Source of the DNA: a virus
Lineage: Duplodnaviria > Caudoviricetes
DNA length: 38,046 bases
IMG/VR virus record: IMGVR_UViG_3300012971_000015
Location: 1 to 38,046 of that record
Reading direction: 5' to 3' (one strand)
How positions within the stretch are numbered: position 1 is the first letter of the stretch; the number at the start of each line of letters is the position of its first letter. A model generated the notes under the pieces. That model saw nothing but the letters and a program-made list of their open reading frames with translations, was not told the origin of the DNA and searched no databases. A program made the position numbers and the translations under genes. Of this stretch, positions 7,045 through 16,096 are shown one piece after another.

Positions 7045-7191
7045 TCAGAGCAGCCGCGCCAGCGCCGCGCCACCGATGAGTCCCGCAAGCACGACATCAA
7101 GCCGGCCTATCGCGGCAAACACGATGCACAGGATCAGCACCAGTAGCGCGATAAGCCAGCCGATGGTGATAGCAGGCATGGTGAATTGCAC
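7045..7191 (-). CDS. Putative holin (48 aa, 2 TM)
   Basis: VQFTMPAITIGWLIALLVLILCIVFAAIGRLDVVLAGLIGGAALARLL; GGAG SD; directly after the endolysin; absent from the ORF track. Confidence 0.7.
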   Translation of the reverse strand: MQFTMPAITIGWLIALLVLILCIVFAAIGRLDVVLAGLIGGAALARLL

Positions 7192-7202
7192 AGTCACTCT
7201 CC

Positions 7203-7679
7203 TCACTTGAGCAGGACCACACTGAATGGCCCCAGCCGCTCGAAGTCGGTTTGCGTCAGCACGTCATAGATGCCTTTGTAGCCAGGCGCGGAATTGGCGA
7301 TCCAGAGCGCGGCACCGGTGACCCCGCGCAGGGCAATCCAGTGGTACCAGGCGCTGCCGCTCATCTGGCCAGTCGTGCGTTGCGCGAGCTCGTACACCGT
7401 GTCGAAGTCGAGCCAGCCCTGCTCGGTGCCCTGGTCATAGCTGGCGTACACCTCGCGCAGCGCTGGACCGCTGGCGTCCATGAGGCCCCAGGTGGGGTTT
7501 ATGTTCTCGGGATAGCCGATCTGGTTGATCGTCTCCAGGCGCGTGTGGCTGGGCGCGACCAGGCCCGTCGACTTCAGCACCCAGTCGAGCGCGCAGGCGG
7601 AGCACGTCCAACTGAAGGTCTGGGGCCGCATGAAGAGGTTGGGGTCCCAGCCAGCCCCGTCGGCCGCGTCGTCGACCTC
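7203..7679 (-). CDS. Putative endolysin, C39-like cysteine peptidase domain (start uncertain: ATG 7631 or frameshift fusion)
   Basis: Q..SWTCSAC catalytic Cys, WYHWIALRG His, IANSAPG; located next to the holin. Confidence 0.7.
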   Translation of the reverse strand, partial: EVDDAADGAGWDPNLFMRPQTFSWTCSACALDWVLKSTGLVAPSHTRLETINQIGYPENINPTWGLMDASGPALREVYASYDQGTEQGWLDFDTVYELAQRTTGQMSGSAWYHWIALRGVTGAALWIANSAPGYKGIYDVLTQTDFERLGPFSVVLLK

Positions 7680-7860
7680 AAAAGGGCACGCGGCGAGTCG
7701 CGTTGTCCTCCTCGTAGTACCAGTAGACCGCGTCGCGGCCGAAGGTCTGGCTGATCTTGTGGCCAGCGTCGAGGATGATGAATTGCTCATCGCTGCGCGG
7801 TTCATCGCCAGCCTCGGTCATCGCCTGCTGCACGCCTGGGCCGATGTTGTAGTCGGTCAT
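7678..7860 (-). CDS. 60-aa acidic protein; possible N-terminal module of the endolysin
   Basis: ATGA overlap upstream; ends in CCC TTT TGA. Confidence 0.7.
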   Translation of the reverse strand: MTDYNIGPGVQQAMTEAGDEPRSDEQFIILDAGHKISQTFGRDAVYWYYEEDNATRRVPF

Positions 7861-8435
7861 GGTGGTGTCCCCTGGATGTGATCGCCGTCGGTGCCCAGAT
7901 AGGCGGGGTTGGTGCGCATCAGCACGTCGTACTCGGCCATGTCGTGGATCACGCCGACGCTGTTGTCGGGCCCGACGCCGCCTTTGGGCTCGAGGCCCAC
8001 GATCAGACGATCCGACTTGCGGTAGACCACCTGGAATATATTCGGCGCGTTCTCACGTTGCTCGCGCTGGGCGGGCGTCTCGAGTTGCCAGCGGCCAGGG
8101 CCATCCATGCGGTTGACGTTCAGCCGCACGTGTGACTCAGGCATGGCGCTGGTGTCACCTGCCGCGGTCTGGCCGCACGCACAGCCGGCACGTTCGGTCT
8201 TGTTGACGAACATCTGCTGCACCTCGAGCGGTGCCGCGCCGCCACCGACGGGGTGGGTCGAGCTCGCACCGCAACCGTCCGGGCAGTTGAGCACGATGTA
8301 GTTGTGGTTGTCGCCACTGAGCGGGTCTGCACTCCACAGGACCTCGGCGGCGGGAATAGTGCCGTTGTGGCTGAGCTCGTCGAAGACGACCTCGATGCTG
8401 CCGTCGGGGTTGAACGTGACTGGTCGGACACTCAT
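7857..8435 (-). CDS. Hypothetical tail-associated protein with Cys/His cluster
   Basis: GGAG SD; CPDGC..H and CACG motifs; follows the fibre gene. Confidence 0.7.
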   Translation of the reverse strand: MSVRPVTFNPDGSIEVVFDELSHNGTIPAAEVLWSADPLSGDNHNYIVLNCPDGCGASSTHPVGGGAAPLEVQQMFVNKTERAGCACGQTAAGDTSAMPESHVRLNVNRMDGPGRWQLETPAQREQRENAPNIFQVVYRKSDRLIVGLEPKGGVGPDNSVGVIHDMAEYDVLMRTNPAYLGTDGDHIQGTPP

Positions 8436-8447
8436 CGCGGTTGCTCC

Positions 8448-9707
8448 TTACGGATTCGCTTCGATGGCAACGTTCGCCGCACCGTTGAAAATCACCAGCG
8501 TGCCGTTGCCTGCCGCCAGTCCTGAAGCAGTGCTGAAGAGCAGCCGCGCGGACAGCAGGCCGATCTGATCTGCCGATCCAGCCGTGAGTGCCTGAGCTGC
8601 GCCGGCCGCCGTATAGGCCGCCATGTTGGTGGGCGTGGTCACTGTCACGGTCGGCGTGACTGCTTTGGTCGTGCTCCAGCGTAAATGCCCCTGGCCCGAC
8701 GTGGTCGATGTGCAGAAGGCAGAACAGATCTGCGTGGTGTTGTTCTGGTTGAACTGGTCGTAGTACCTGAGACACCGCGCCAAGTCGTCCGCCGGCGTAA
8801 GTGGCGCGTAGTCGGCCGCCACCGAGCCCACCACCAGCATCGCGTTATCGAGATAGAAAGAGGTCCCGCCCGCGAAATACACACCGACGTACAGCGCCGT
8901 GGCGGAGCCCGACAGAGTCGCGGTGATGCTGAACGTCTGATAGCTGGTAGTGGTTGCCACCGCAGCCACGCTGTACTGCGCGACGCCGTCATTGATATAC
9001 GGTTGGACCTGACTCACAGCCAGGCTCTTGACGCGGACGCTGAACGTGACAGTCCGCCCCCGTAGTTGCCGGAAATCCTCGATCTTTTGCTCTACGCGAA
9101 CACTATTGCCGCCACCTACGCCTGGGCTGGGTATGGTCGATGTCGTAACAGGACATCCCAGGCAGTACAGTGAGCCAGCATCCGCGTTGGCACTGTCCTG
9201 AACCCAGGCTGAGCCTGCGACGCCTGAACCGCTGATCTGTATTTGCCAGCGGTCCGCCAGAAACGCACCTGTGCCTGGTACCCCGAAGTTAGTTCCCCGT
9301 TGCCAGATCTCGAAGCCGCCGTCGGCAAGCAGGTTCAGCCGCGCCGTATCGGTGCCCAACTTGACATTCGTGACCGCCTGATTGGCGATGTCCGCGGTGG
9401 CGATCGTGCCGTCGAGGATCGCCGCGCTGGTGATGCTGCCCGTGGGCAAGATGAGCGGCGAGCCGAGCTGCACGCCGTTCACATCTGCGGTGATCAGCGG
9501 CGTGCCGTCCGACTTGAGCACGCTGAGCGCGCGCGAGTTGAGCGGGTCCGTGTTCTGGACGGTGAGTGAGTAGTTGGTCGGATCGTTCAGCGCGGTGAGC
9601 GCCACCGGGACGCCCTTGTTGGGTGTGCCCTTGAGCAAGTCAATGACCTGCTGGACCTGCACCGACTGCTGCAGCGAGCCGGCGATCACGTCATTCAGCG
9701 TAGGCAT
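8448..9707 (-). CDS. Tail fibre/receptor-binding protein with carbohydrate-binding-like domain
   Basis: ITSAAILDGTIATADIANQAVT fibre repeats; NLLADGGFEIWQRG..ADRW; DDLARCLRYY fibre motif. Confidence 0.75.
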   Translation of the reverse strand: MPTLNDVIAGSLQQSVQVQQVIDLLKGTPNKGVPVALTALNDPTNYSLTVQNTDPLNSRALSVLKSDGTPLITADVNGVQLGSPLILPTGSITSAAILDGTIATADIANQAVTNVKLGTDTARLNLLADGGFEIWQRGTNFGVPGTGAFLADRWQIQISGSGVAGSAWVQDSANADAGSLYCLGCPVTTSTIPSPGVGGGNSVRVEQKIEDFRQLRGRTVTFSVRVKSLAVSQVQPYINDGVAQYSVAAVATTTSYQTFSITATLSGSATALYVGVYFAGGTSFYLDNAMLVVGSVAADYAPLTPADDLARCLRYYDQFNQNNTTQICSAFCTSTTSGQGHLRWSTTKAVTPTVTVTTPTNMAAYTAAGAAQALTAGSADQIGLLSARLLFSTASGLAAGNGTLVIFNGAANVAIEANP

Positions 9708-9730
9708 GGATGCTCAAAACCTCCGTCTCG

Positions 9731-11767
9731 CTAGTTCACCCAGATGGTGCCCGAGTCCCAGCGGTGGCCATCATCCCAGCGCAACTGCAGCGTGCTGCCG
9801 ACGTCGGCCGCGCTCAGCATCTTGACCAGGACGGTCGCCACGATCACCGGCTCGTTCACGTCGCGGCCGGCCTCGGCGCGCAGGTACAGCACTTGCCGCG
9901 AGACGGGTGGAATGACCAGGCAGGTGTAGCTCTCGCCGAACTCGTCGCGCACCGTGCACGGTCCAGCCGTCTGCAGCCGCGACAGCGTCCGATAGTCCTC
10001 GATCGCGCGGGAAATATCGTAGCCGCCGAAGCGGTCCTGATTGCCCATGCCCAGCAGCAACTGGTACGTCCGCAGCATGCGCACTGCGGTGCGCACCTGA
10101 GAGCGCGGCATCAGCACGCGCATGATCGCTGGCGCGGTGGTGGCACCACTGCCGTCCAGCCGAAAGCCGATGCGCCGCCCAGAAAATGGCTGCGCCGCGG
10201 GCAGCATCGACTGCGGCGAGGTGTTGGCCACGCCGAACTGGCTGTACGCGCCGCCCTCGGCGTTGACGTTCACCGTCATCTGTGTGCCGGCGCCCAGGTT
10301 GTCGCCCTCGACGTCGATCTGCAGCAATTGCTTGGGCGTCGCGGGGTGGCCCCAGTCCTGGCCAGGCACGAAGAAGCGCCACGATTGGGCGAAGCGATAC
10401 TCGCTGTCCTGGAGCGGGTTTTCCGTCCGCGGCAGGATCGCGTAGTTGAGCTGGTTGCCAGAGCCGAACCAGAGCCGCGGCGGCGAGCTGAGCCCCGAGA
10501 CGTACAGCAGGTAGCAGCGCTGCCCTGGCACGAAGATGATGCCGCCGTGCCACAGCATCGGTGAAGGCCCGATCGCCGACGGCGACGGCCCGTAGCCGTA
10601 GCCATAGCCAAACGGTGAGACACCCGCGTCGCCCTGCATGATGTCGCGGCCCATGCAGATATAGGTGTCCACGCCGTTGTAGAGCGAGATGATCTGCCAC
10701 GGCCCGTACGACGTGGACGCCAGGATTTTTCCTCGCACCGGCGTCTCGTTGGGCAGACCATGGCCAGGCGTGACCGTCACCAGGCGGCCCGAGGCGGCGC
10801 CGCTGACATCGAGTCGAAACAGGCCGCTCAGGTGGCCGGTGTAGACGAACCCGCCGCTCGAGTGGCCAGCGATGCCGTTTTCGTCGTCGATCGCCTGGGC
10901 GAAGAACGGCATCAGGTTGGGGCTGTGGCCGGTCACACCGTCGACGTCGTGCAGCCCGTTGGTCTTGGCCACATACACGTGCGTCTGATCGCCGATCAGG
11001 CGGTTGATGCCGTACGTGGTGTCGCCGACGGAGATCGCCGCGCCCCAGTTGGCGGGCGTGAGCGGTGCCGTGGCCACGTTGCGCACCGAGCTCGCGGTGT
11101 CCTGGGCGATGAGCTGGAAGGCACCCGTGGTGCCGAGCGGGCCGCTCGACTGGTACCAGGCGGTGGCCATCGACTTTCGCAGCACGCCGGCGTTGTTGGT
11201 CCAGCCGCCCGCGCCGGGCGCCGCCTTCTGCCACAGCAGGCCGGGCGCACTTGAGCTGCTCGAGCCCACACTGGTCCCGCAGTACAGCGCGCCCGCAAAC
11301 GTCTCCAAGTCCCAGGCGACGTTGCCCGCGCCCAGGTCCAGGTCCTGCACGGGCGTGCCCGTACCGCCAGGAATCTGGTAGACGAAGCGGCCGGCGCCGA
11401 CATACAGGTCGCCGCCGTACTGCATCGCGCAGCGCGGAAAGTCGAGCACGCCGGGCAGGCTGACCGCGTTCACGAACGGGCCCGGCAGCACCAGGCGCGG
11501 AAAGCGTGCGTCGACGTTTTCACCCCAGGCGTACGTTCCACCCAACAGGCGCCAGGAATAAAAGGCGCCCAGGTGAAAGGTGTCCATCACCAGGGGCTCG
11601 TCGCTCGGGTCGACCGGCTCGCCGGTCAGTTGCGGGATCGAGGTCTGGTCGTCGCCGCCCGTTGCCCGACCCTGGCCCCTGCCGCCATTCGCCGCGGCGC
11701 TGTGCTGAAACAGCGTGTAGTCGTTACCGTTGATGTTGACGCTGTCGCGGAGCGGAAAGACCGGCAC
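9731..11767 (-). CDS. Tail nozzle/tubular protein B-like beta-propeller structural protein
   Basis: 678 aa, beta-strand repeats (GDLYVG, GALYCG, HVYVA, GFVYTG); podovirus synteny. Confidence 0.6.
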   Translation of the reverse strand: MPVFPLRDSVNINGNDYTLFQHSAAANGGRGQGRATGGDDQTSIPQLTGEPVDPSDEPLVMDTFHLGAFYSWRLLGGTYAWGENVDARFPRLVLPGPFVNAVSLPGVLDFPRCAMQYGGDLYVGAGRFVYQIPGGTGTPVQDLDLGAGNVAWDLETFAGALYCGTSVGSSSSSAPGLLWQKAAPGAGGWTNNAGVLRKSMATAWYQSSGPLGTTGAFQLIAQDTASSVRNVATAPLTPANWGAAISVGDTTYGINRLIGDQTHVYVAKTNGLHDVDGVTGHSPNLMPFFAQAIDDENGIAGHSSGGFVYTGHLSGLFRLDVSGAASGRLVTVTPGHGLPNETPVRGKILASTSYGPWQIISLYNGVDTYICMGRDIMQGDAGVSPFGYGYGYGPSPSAIGPSPMLWHGGIIFVPGQRCYLLYVSGLSSPPRLWFGSGNQLNYAILPRTENPLQDSEYRFAQSWRFFVPGQDWGHPATPKQLLQIDVEGDNLGAGTQMTVNVNAEGGAYSQFGVANTSPQSMLPAAQPFSGRRIGFRLDGSGATTAPAIMRVLMPRSQVRTAVRMLRTYQLLLGMGNQDRFGGYDISRAIEDYRTLSRLQTAGPCTVRDEFGESYTCLVIPPVSRQVLYLRAEAGRDVNEPVIVATVLVKMLSAADVGSTLQLRWDDGHRWDSGTIWVN

Positions 11768-11768
11768 G

Positions 11769-12719
11769 CTAGGCCGGCGTTACGACCGTCGAGCCGTACC
11801 CGAAGTTGTCGCGCGAGCGCACCGAGAGCACCGCTGGCCAATGCTGCTTGCGTACCTTGGGGTGTTCGAGCGTCAGCCGCTTCCACTGATTGGCGGCCGC
11901 GCGCGCCTGCGCACGTAGCGCGCGCGAAGTCGTCTGGTCGTCGGGCATGCCCCACTTGCTGAGCTCGAGGTGCACCCACGGCGCGCCGACGATCTCCATG
12001 CCCATGAGCGGCAAGAGCGCCTGGTCAGTCTCGTTCTGCAGCCCCTCGGTCAAGGCCATCGCCCAGCCGCTGCCGGTATTCAGCCACCACGACATCGGCA
12101 CGAACAGGCGCGGCTTGAGCGTGTCGCCGGCGTTCAGCGGCGGCATGATCTCGATGCCGGGATTGTCGCCACCGGGTACCCAGCGCCAATTGACCATCAG
12201 GATGTCGTCGTCGTTGGCCTGCATGCCTGAGCTGCGGTAGTAGACCTCGACGATCTGGTCCTCGGCCTGCAGCCACGGGTAGAGCGTGCCGACGGGATAG
12301 ACGCGCTGGTCCTGCACCGCGGCGATGCTCGTCGTCTGCACGGTCCAGCACTCGGCGAGCACCTTGTTGATCAGGTCGTTCAGCCCGACCCGCCCCTCGT
12401 AGCGAATGGGCGGCAACTTGCCCAGAAACTCGACCACGGTGCCCGAGGGTGTGGCTACGGTGTGGTTGCGCTCGACGGTCACCGTGCCGTTGCCGGCGTT
12501 CAGGCCGCCATACACCACCCGCCGCACCTGGCCGGCGTTCGGCCCCGCGGGCTGATATTCCCAGGTGTTGCCGAGATGCGTCGCCTGCAATTCGCTCGAT
12601 TGGAAGTCGGCGATGACGAGTTGGTTCTGCTGCAGTGCGAGTGTGGTGGTGGTGGTCTGAATATTGAAACCGGCCATGTCGGCCAGGCGGTGGCGGTATT
12701 GCGTCAGCGTGGCAGGCAC
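11769..12719 (-). CDS. Head-tail adaptor/tubular protein A-like
   Basis: 316 aa, LNDLINKVL helix; position between capsid accessory genes and nozzle. Confidence 0.55.
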   Translation of the reverse strand: MPATLTQYRHRLADMAGFNIQTTTTTLALQQNQLVIADFQSSELQATHLGNTWEYQPAGPNAGQVRRVVYGGLNAGNGTVTVERNHTVATPSGTVVEFLGKLPPIRYEGRVGLNDLINKVLAECWTVQTTSIAAVQDQRVYPVGTLYPWLQAEDQIVEVYYRSSGMQANDDDILMVNWRWVPGGDNPGIEIMPPLNAGDTLKPRLFVPMSWWLNTGSGWAMALTEGLQNETDQALLPLMGMEIVGAPWVHLELSKWGMPDDQTTSRALRAQARAAANQWKRLTLEHPKVRKQHWPAVLSVRSRDNFGYGSTVVTPA

Positions 12720-12728
12720 TGGAAAAAC

Positions 12729-13121
12729 TCAGGCGTTGGCCTCGAAGGCAACCGTTGCCATCACCCGCGCGTGTCCGGTCGTGGCCGGGATCGAGTTGAT
12801 CTGGATGGTCAGCCGATCACCGGGCCGTAGATTGCGCGAGTTGGGGTCCGGCAGCGGATTGGCGAACTCGCCAGTCGACGCGGACGCCAGTGTGGGCTTG
12901 TTGGCGGCAATTGAGTAGACGGTCGTGCCGTTGAGCAGCACGTCGCCGACGGTGTTGCCGGCGCCCACGCCGGCGGTAACCGCCAGGAACTTCACACCGG
13001 TGATGCGCTCAAAGCATGGCGCGACGTATTCGAACAGGATCTGGGCGGCGGTGACCGCAGCTTGCGAGTAGCCCTGGGCGGTATCGCAGATGTTGCCGGG
13101 TTGGGAGCGGGTGCCTGGCAT
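12729..13121 (-). CDS. Virion structural protein (beta-sandwich)
   Basis: DVLLNGTTV...LRPGDRLTIQI pattern; GGAGG SD. Confidence 0.6.
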   Translation of the reverse strand: MPGTRSQPGNICDTAQGYSQAAVTAAQILFEYVAPCFERITGVKFLAVTAGVGAGNTVGDVLLNGTTVYSIAANKPTLASASTGEFANPLPDPNSRNLRPGDRLTIQINSIPATTGHARVMATVAFEANA

Positions 13122-13164
13122 GAGGGGAAAAGCCTCCTACCTTACTAGCAGGGGTAAGCCTGTC

Positions 13165-13986
13165 CTACGGAGTTTTCTCAATGGGGATACGGCGCGCCGC
13201 GTGGCGCCGCTCGCGACGTCGCTCGTTTGCCCGCTGGCGCTGCTCGTCGCTGATCTGAACTTGTGCCGCGACGGGTGGTGTCTCGTCCTCCTCGTCCTCG
13301 TCATCGGATGACCGCTGCCTGGGTCGGCCGTAGCCCAGCGCGTCGAGCGCGGCGGCCACGCCAGTGGCGATCGCTAGCGGGTCGGCGGTCTTGCCACCGG
13401 CGACCACGCCACTGCGCAACAGCCCGTCGACGATGACCTGGCCGAGCTCCATCTGCTGGCGGCGATCCCTGTGCATGACGTCCTGGTGCTGCTTGAGTGC
13501 GCGGTCGGTGGGAAAATCGTCGCGGTCGCAGTACGCGCACGCGTCGGGCGTCTGGGGCAGTGATGTGCCCTCAAGCTGCGGAAAGTGGACCGGGCGCGCG
13601 CCGTGCCAGCAGCCCTGGGCCTTGCGCGAGCCGCCACCGGGTGTGCCCCGGTGACTCGGATGCTCCCTGGACTGACCGACGTGCTCGTCGCAGGTCGGCA
13701 CCAGCGGTGGCCGCAGGTGGTAGCCCAGCTGCACGATCTGCTGCACGGACATCTCATGCGCGCCGCCGGCCTGAAACAACGGCTCGTAGGGATGGTCCAT
13801 GTAGTACGCGTGCGAGCAATACTGGCCGTAATCGTTCAGCGGCTGGATGCCGCGGTTGATCTTCTTCATCAATTCCAGCGGCTGCGCGTCGCAGGCATGG
13901 ATCTCGCCATTGGGAAAACGGCAGTAGACCAGGCCCTGGTCGGCGATCACCGCGCCGGGCTCGCTCGGTCTCAGGAGTTCAGCCAT
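13165..13986 (-). CDS. Hypothetical protein with C2H2-type zinc finger
   Basis: CAYCDRDDFPTDRALKQHQDVMH; acidic then basic C-terminal tail. Confidence 0.7.
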   Translation of the reverse strand: MAELLRPSEPGAVIADQGLVYCRFPNGEIHACDAQPLELMKKINRGIQPLNDYGQYCSHAYYMDHPYEPLFQAGGAHEMSVQQIVQLGYHLRPPLVPTCDEHVGQSREHPSHRGTPGGGSRKAQGCWHGARPVHFPQLEGTSLPQTPDACAYCDRDDFPTDRALKQHQDVMHRDRRQQMELGQVIVDGLLRSGVVAGGKTADPLAIATGVAAALDALGYGRPRQRSSDDEDEEDETPPVAAQVQISDEQRQRANERRRERRHAARRIPIEKTP

Positions 13987-14423
13987 GCAGGTGGGGGCTC
14001 ACCTTTCTCGTGGACGTACTCGGTCGGGATGACGGCGCGGTGGAAGACGGCTTGATATTCCCAGTCGACCTCATCGGTCATCAGGTGCGCCGCCTGCGGC
14101 CCGAACTGGGGTAGGGTCGAGATACGCCACAGACTATCGTCGGGCGGTTCTGCCCGCGCGGCGTGACCTGGCTTCCGGCTCACCTTGGGTGGACGTTTGC
14201 CAAAGCCCTTGATGGGCACGACGGGCATCGGGCCGCGAGGTCTGGCATCAGACAGGCCGACGAAGGTCCAGCCTTGCTTGCCGAGGCCACGGATGGTGCG
14301 CTCGAGCGCCCAGTTGCGCGCCTTGTCGAGCTCGTCCGGGCTCGCGCGAGCAGAAACGCGGACGTGGAAGCGCACCACGTACGCACGCTGCCCCTGTTCC
14401 GGCTTCAGCAGAATGGCGGGCAT
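13971..14423 (-). CDS. Hypothetical protein
   Basis: 150 aa, TGATG coupling with the upstream gene. Confidence 0.7.
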   Translation of the reverse strand: MPAILLKPEQGQRAYVVRFHVRVSARASPDELDKARNWALERTIRGLGKQGWTFVGLSDARPRGPMPVVPIKGFGKRPPKVSRKPGHAARAEPPDDSLWRISTLPQFGPQAAHLMTDEVDWEYQAVFHRAVIPTEYVHEKGEPPPAWLNS

Positions 14424-14698
14424 CAGTTGTAGACGACGTTGAACGCGCCGGCGGAGCCCGGCGTGCAGTACATGCCAGTCCTCGCTGGCACGTCGATGGG
14501 GACGACGCCAACCGCGGGCGTCGTCGCGGTAAACAGGACGGTGCCCGAGGCCGCGCTGGGATTGTCGTAGATGGTGATGCTGCCCGTGATGGCAGCCGTG
14601 ACAATGAGCTTCATCAGCCGACCCGCGCGCGGCTTGACAACGCCGGCCACGGTGGTGAACGACACGTAGTCGGCACCGGAGAAGACGTTCTGACTCAC
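14423..14698 (-). CDS. Small structural protein (possible capsid decoration)
   Basis: GSITIYDNPSAASGTVLF motif typical of small post-capsid proteins; GTG at 14698 chosen as start. Confidence 0.6.
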   Translation of the reverse strand: MSQNVFSGADYVSFTTVAGVVKPRAGRLMKLIVTAAITGSITIYDNPSAASGTVLFTATTPAVGVVPIDVPARTGMYCTPGSAGAFNVVYN

Positions 14699-14718
14699 GG
14701 GATCACTAGTTCTCAACC

Positions 14719-15174
14719 ATGGATGACATACTCCTATGCAATGCTTGGCACATGTTCACGGACCTGGCATACACGGCTGGTTTTCTCGATGGCGAGGGCC
14801 ATGTCGGCATGACGAAATGGGGGACGAGTTGGCTGCCGGTGCTCATCATTACCAACACGGATCGACGTGTCATCGACTGGCTGGTCGAACGGTATGGCGG
14901 CAAGGTGTATATCCATGATCGTCGCAACAGCGTGCATAAGCCGCGCTTCAATTGGCGACTCGTAGGTAAACACGCCACCACGCTGCTGGAGCAGGTCCTG
15001 CCGTATTTGATTCTGAAGCGCCAGCAGGCCGAACTCTGCCTCCGGTACTACTCGGAGGGCGGCAATTTTCATGATGGCAATAATCGATTGCCGCACACTG
15101 AGTACAAACGGCGTCGCCAACTTCACGCCGAACTCAAGGAACTAAATAGACGAGGAACAACTGCCGCTACTTGA
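14719..15174 (+). CDS. Free-standing LAGLIDADG homing endonuclease
   Basis: LAYTAGFLDGEGHV motif, ITNTD, LEQVLPYLILKRQQA as in single-motif I-CreI-like enzymes; antisense to the late operon. Confidence 0.9.
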   Translation: MDDILLCNAWHMFTDLAYTAGFLDGEGHVGMTKWGTSWLPVLIITNTDRRVIDWLVERYGGKVYIHDRRNSVHKPRFNWRLVGKHATTLLEQVLPYLILKRQQAELCLRYYSEGGNFHDGNNRLPHTEYKRRRQLHAELKELNRRGTTAAT

Positions 15175-16048
15175 CACACAAAAGTTTGACTGTCCAGTCA
15201 GAGCTATTCGTCGTGGCAGATGCGGCCTCATCCGCTTCCAATCGTTCGTACATACCGTATATCGTATCCATCGAGACCACCCAACTTAGATCAAGCGGTG
15301 AGTACCAAGTGTGGGTAGTAGGTTGCCTTTGAATGGCCTTGAAATAATGGCTCTTCGACCAGAACGCGCCAGTCGCGTTGGGCGCCGTGCCGGCCAAAAG
15401 TTGTGACTCGTAGGCATCGGCCCCGTACAACCTGCCGACTTTGGCCTCCTCGACGGCGGTGCCGGTCTCGGCGTCGCCTATATACAACTGGTTCGTAAAT
15501 TTTTCGAGTTTTAAGAAGCCGCTATAGGTGGCCGGTGGGACCGCGATGAACCACGGTCGCGGCGCGGCCTGGTTGCGTAGCAGCGTGCGGCTCTGGATCA
15601 GGTTGTCATCTGTCAATTCAGCCCCAGTGGTGCCGACGGAGTTGGTCGCCGCGGAGAACAATCCCGCCGCGTCCACGTCCATCTGGCGCGCGAGCGCGTA
15701 CGCGCCGGCCAGGGTCGTCTCCGAGCGGATGTCGTAGCGGCTCTGGATCTCGGCGATGTCCTCAATCATCTGCGCCAGGGCGCGGTGGCCGTTGGTCATC
15801 GGCAGGATGAACTGCTGCTGCGTCTCGGTGATGGCCTGCGGCGTGATCGGCGTGCCTGGTGCCTTGGCGGCGGTGGCCAGGTTGTGGCGCGAGGGCAGGT
15901 TGATGGTGTTGGCGTGCTGATCGACGAGCGCGCTCTTGTCGTCGAACAGTGCCGCGACGACGACGTCGAATTGAATGCCGCGGTTCAGTTCTGGCGACCA
16001 CACCTGGTCGATATACGTTGCGCCAGTCGTGATCGTGACGTTGGCCAA
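15167..16048 (-). CDS. Major capsid protein (HK97 fold, podovirus type)
   Basis: 293 aa; YIDQVWS, NTINLP, IEDIAEIQSRYDIR, AYALARQMD, VGRLYG motifs; GGAGG SD with TTG start; follows the scaffold gene. Confidence 0.85.
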   Translation of the reverse strand: MANVTITTGATYIDQVWSPELNRGIQFDVVVAALFDDKSALVDQHANTINLPSRHNLATAAKAPGTPITPQAITETQQQFILPMTNGHRALAQMIEDIAEIQSRYDIRSETTLAGAYALARQMDVDAAGLFSAATNSVGTTGAELTDDNLIQSRTLLRNQAAPRPWFIAVPPATYSGFLKLEKFTNQLYIGDAETGTAVEEAKVGRLYGADAYESQLLAGTAPNATGAFWSKSHYFKAIQRQPTTHTWYSPLDLSWVVSMDTIYGMYERLEADEAASATTNSSDWTVKLLCVK

Positions 16049-16096
16049 GGTATGAACCCTCCGTACGAGGGCGTCTTTGTCAGAAGCCCAAAAAAA

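Noticed and set aside
14719-15174. Group I intron or intein in the capsid gene
   Set aside because: The endonuclease is on the opposite strand, the capsid ORF is uninterrupted and ends with its own stop; no splice-junction motifs seen
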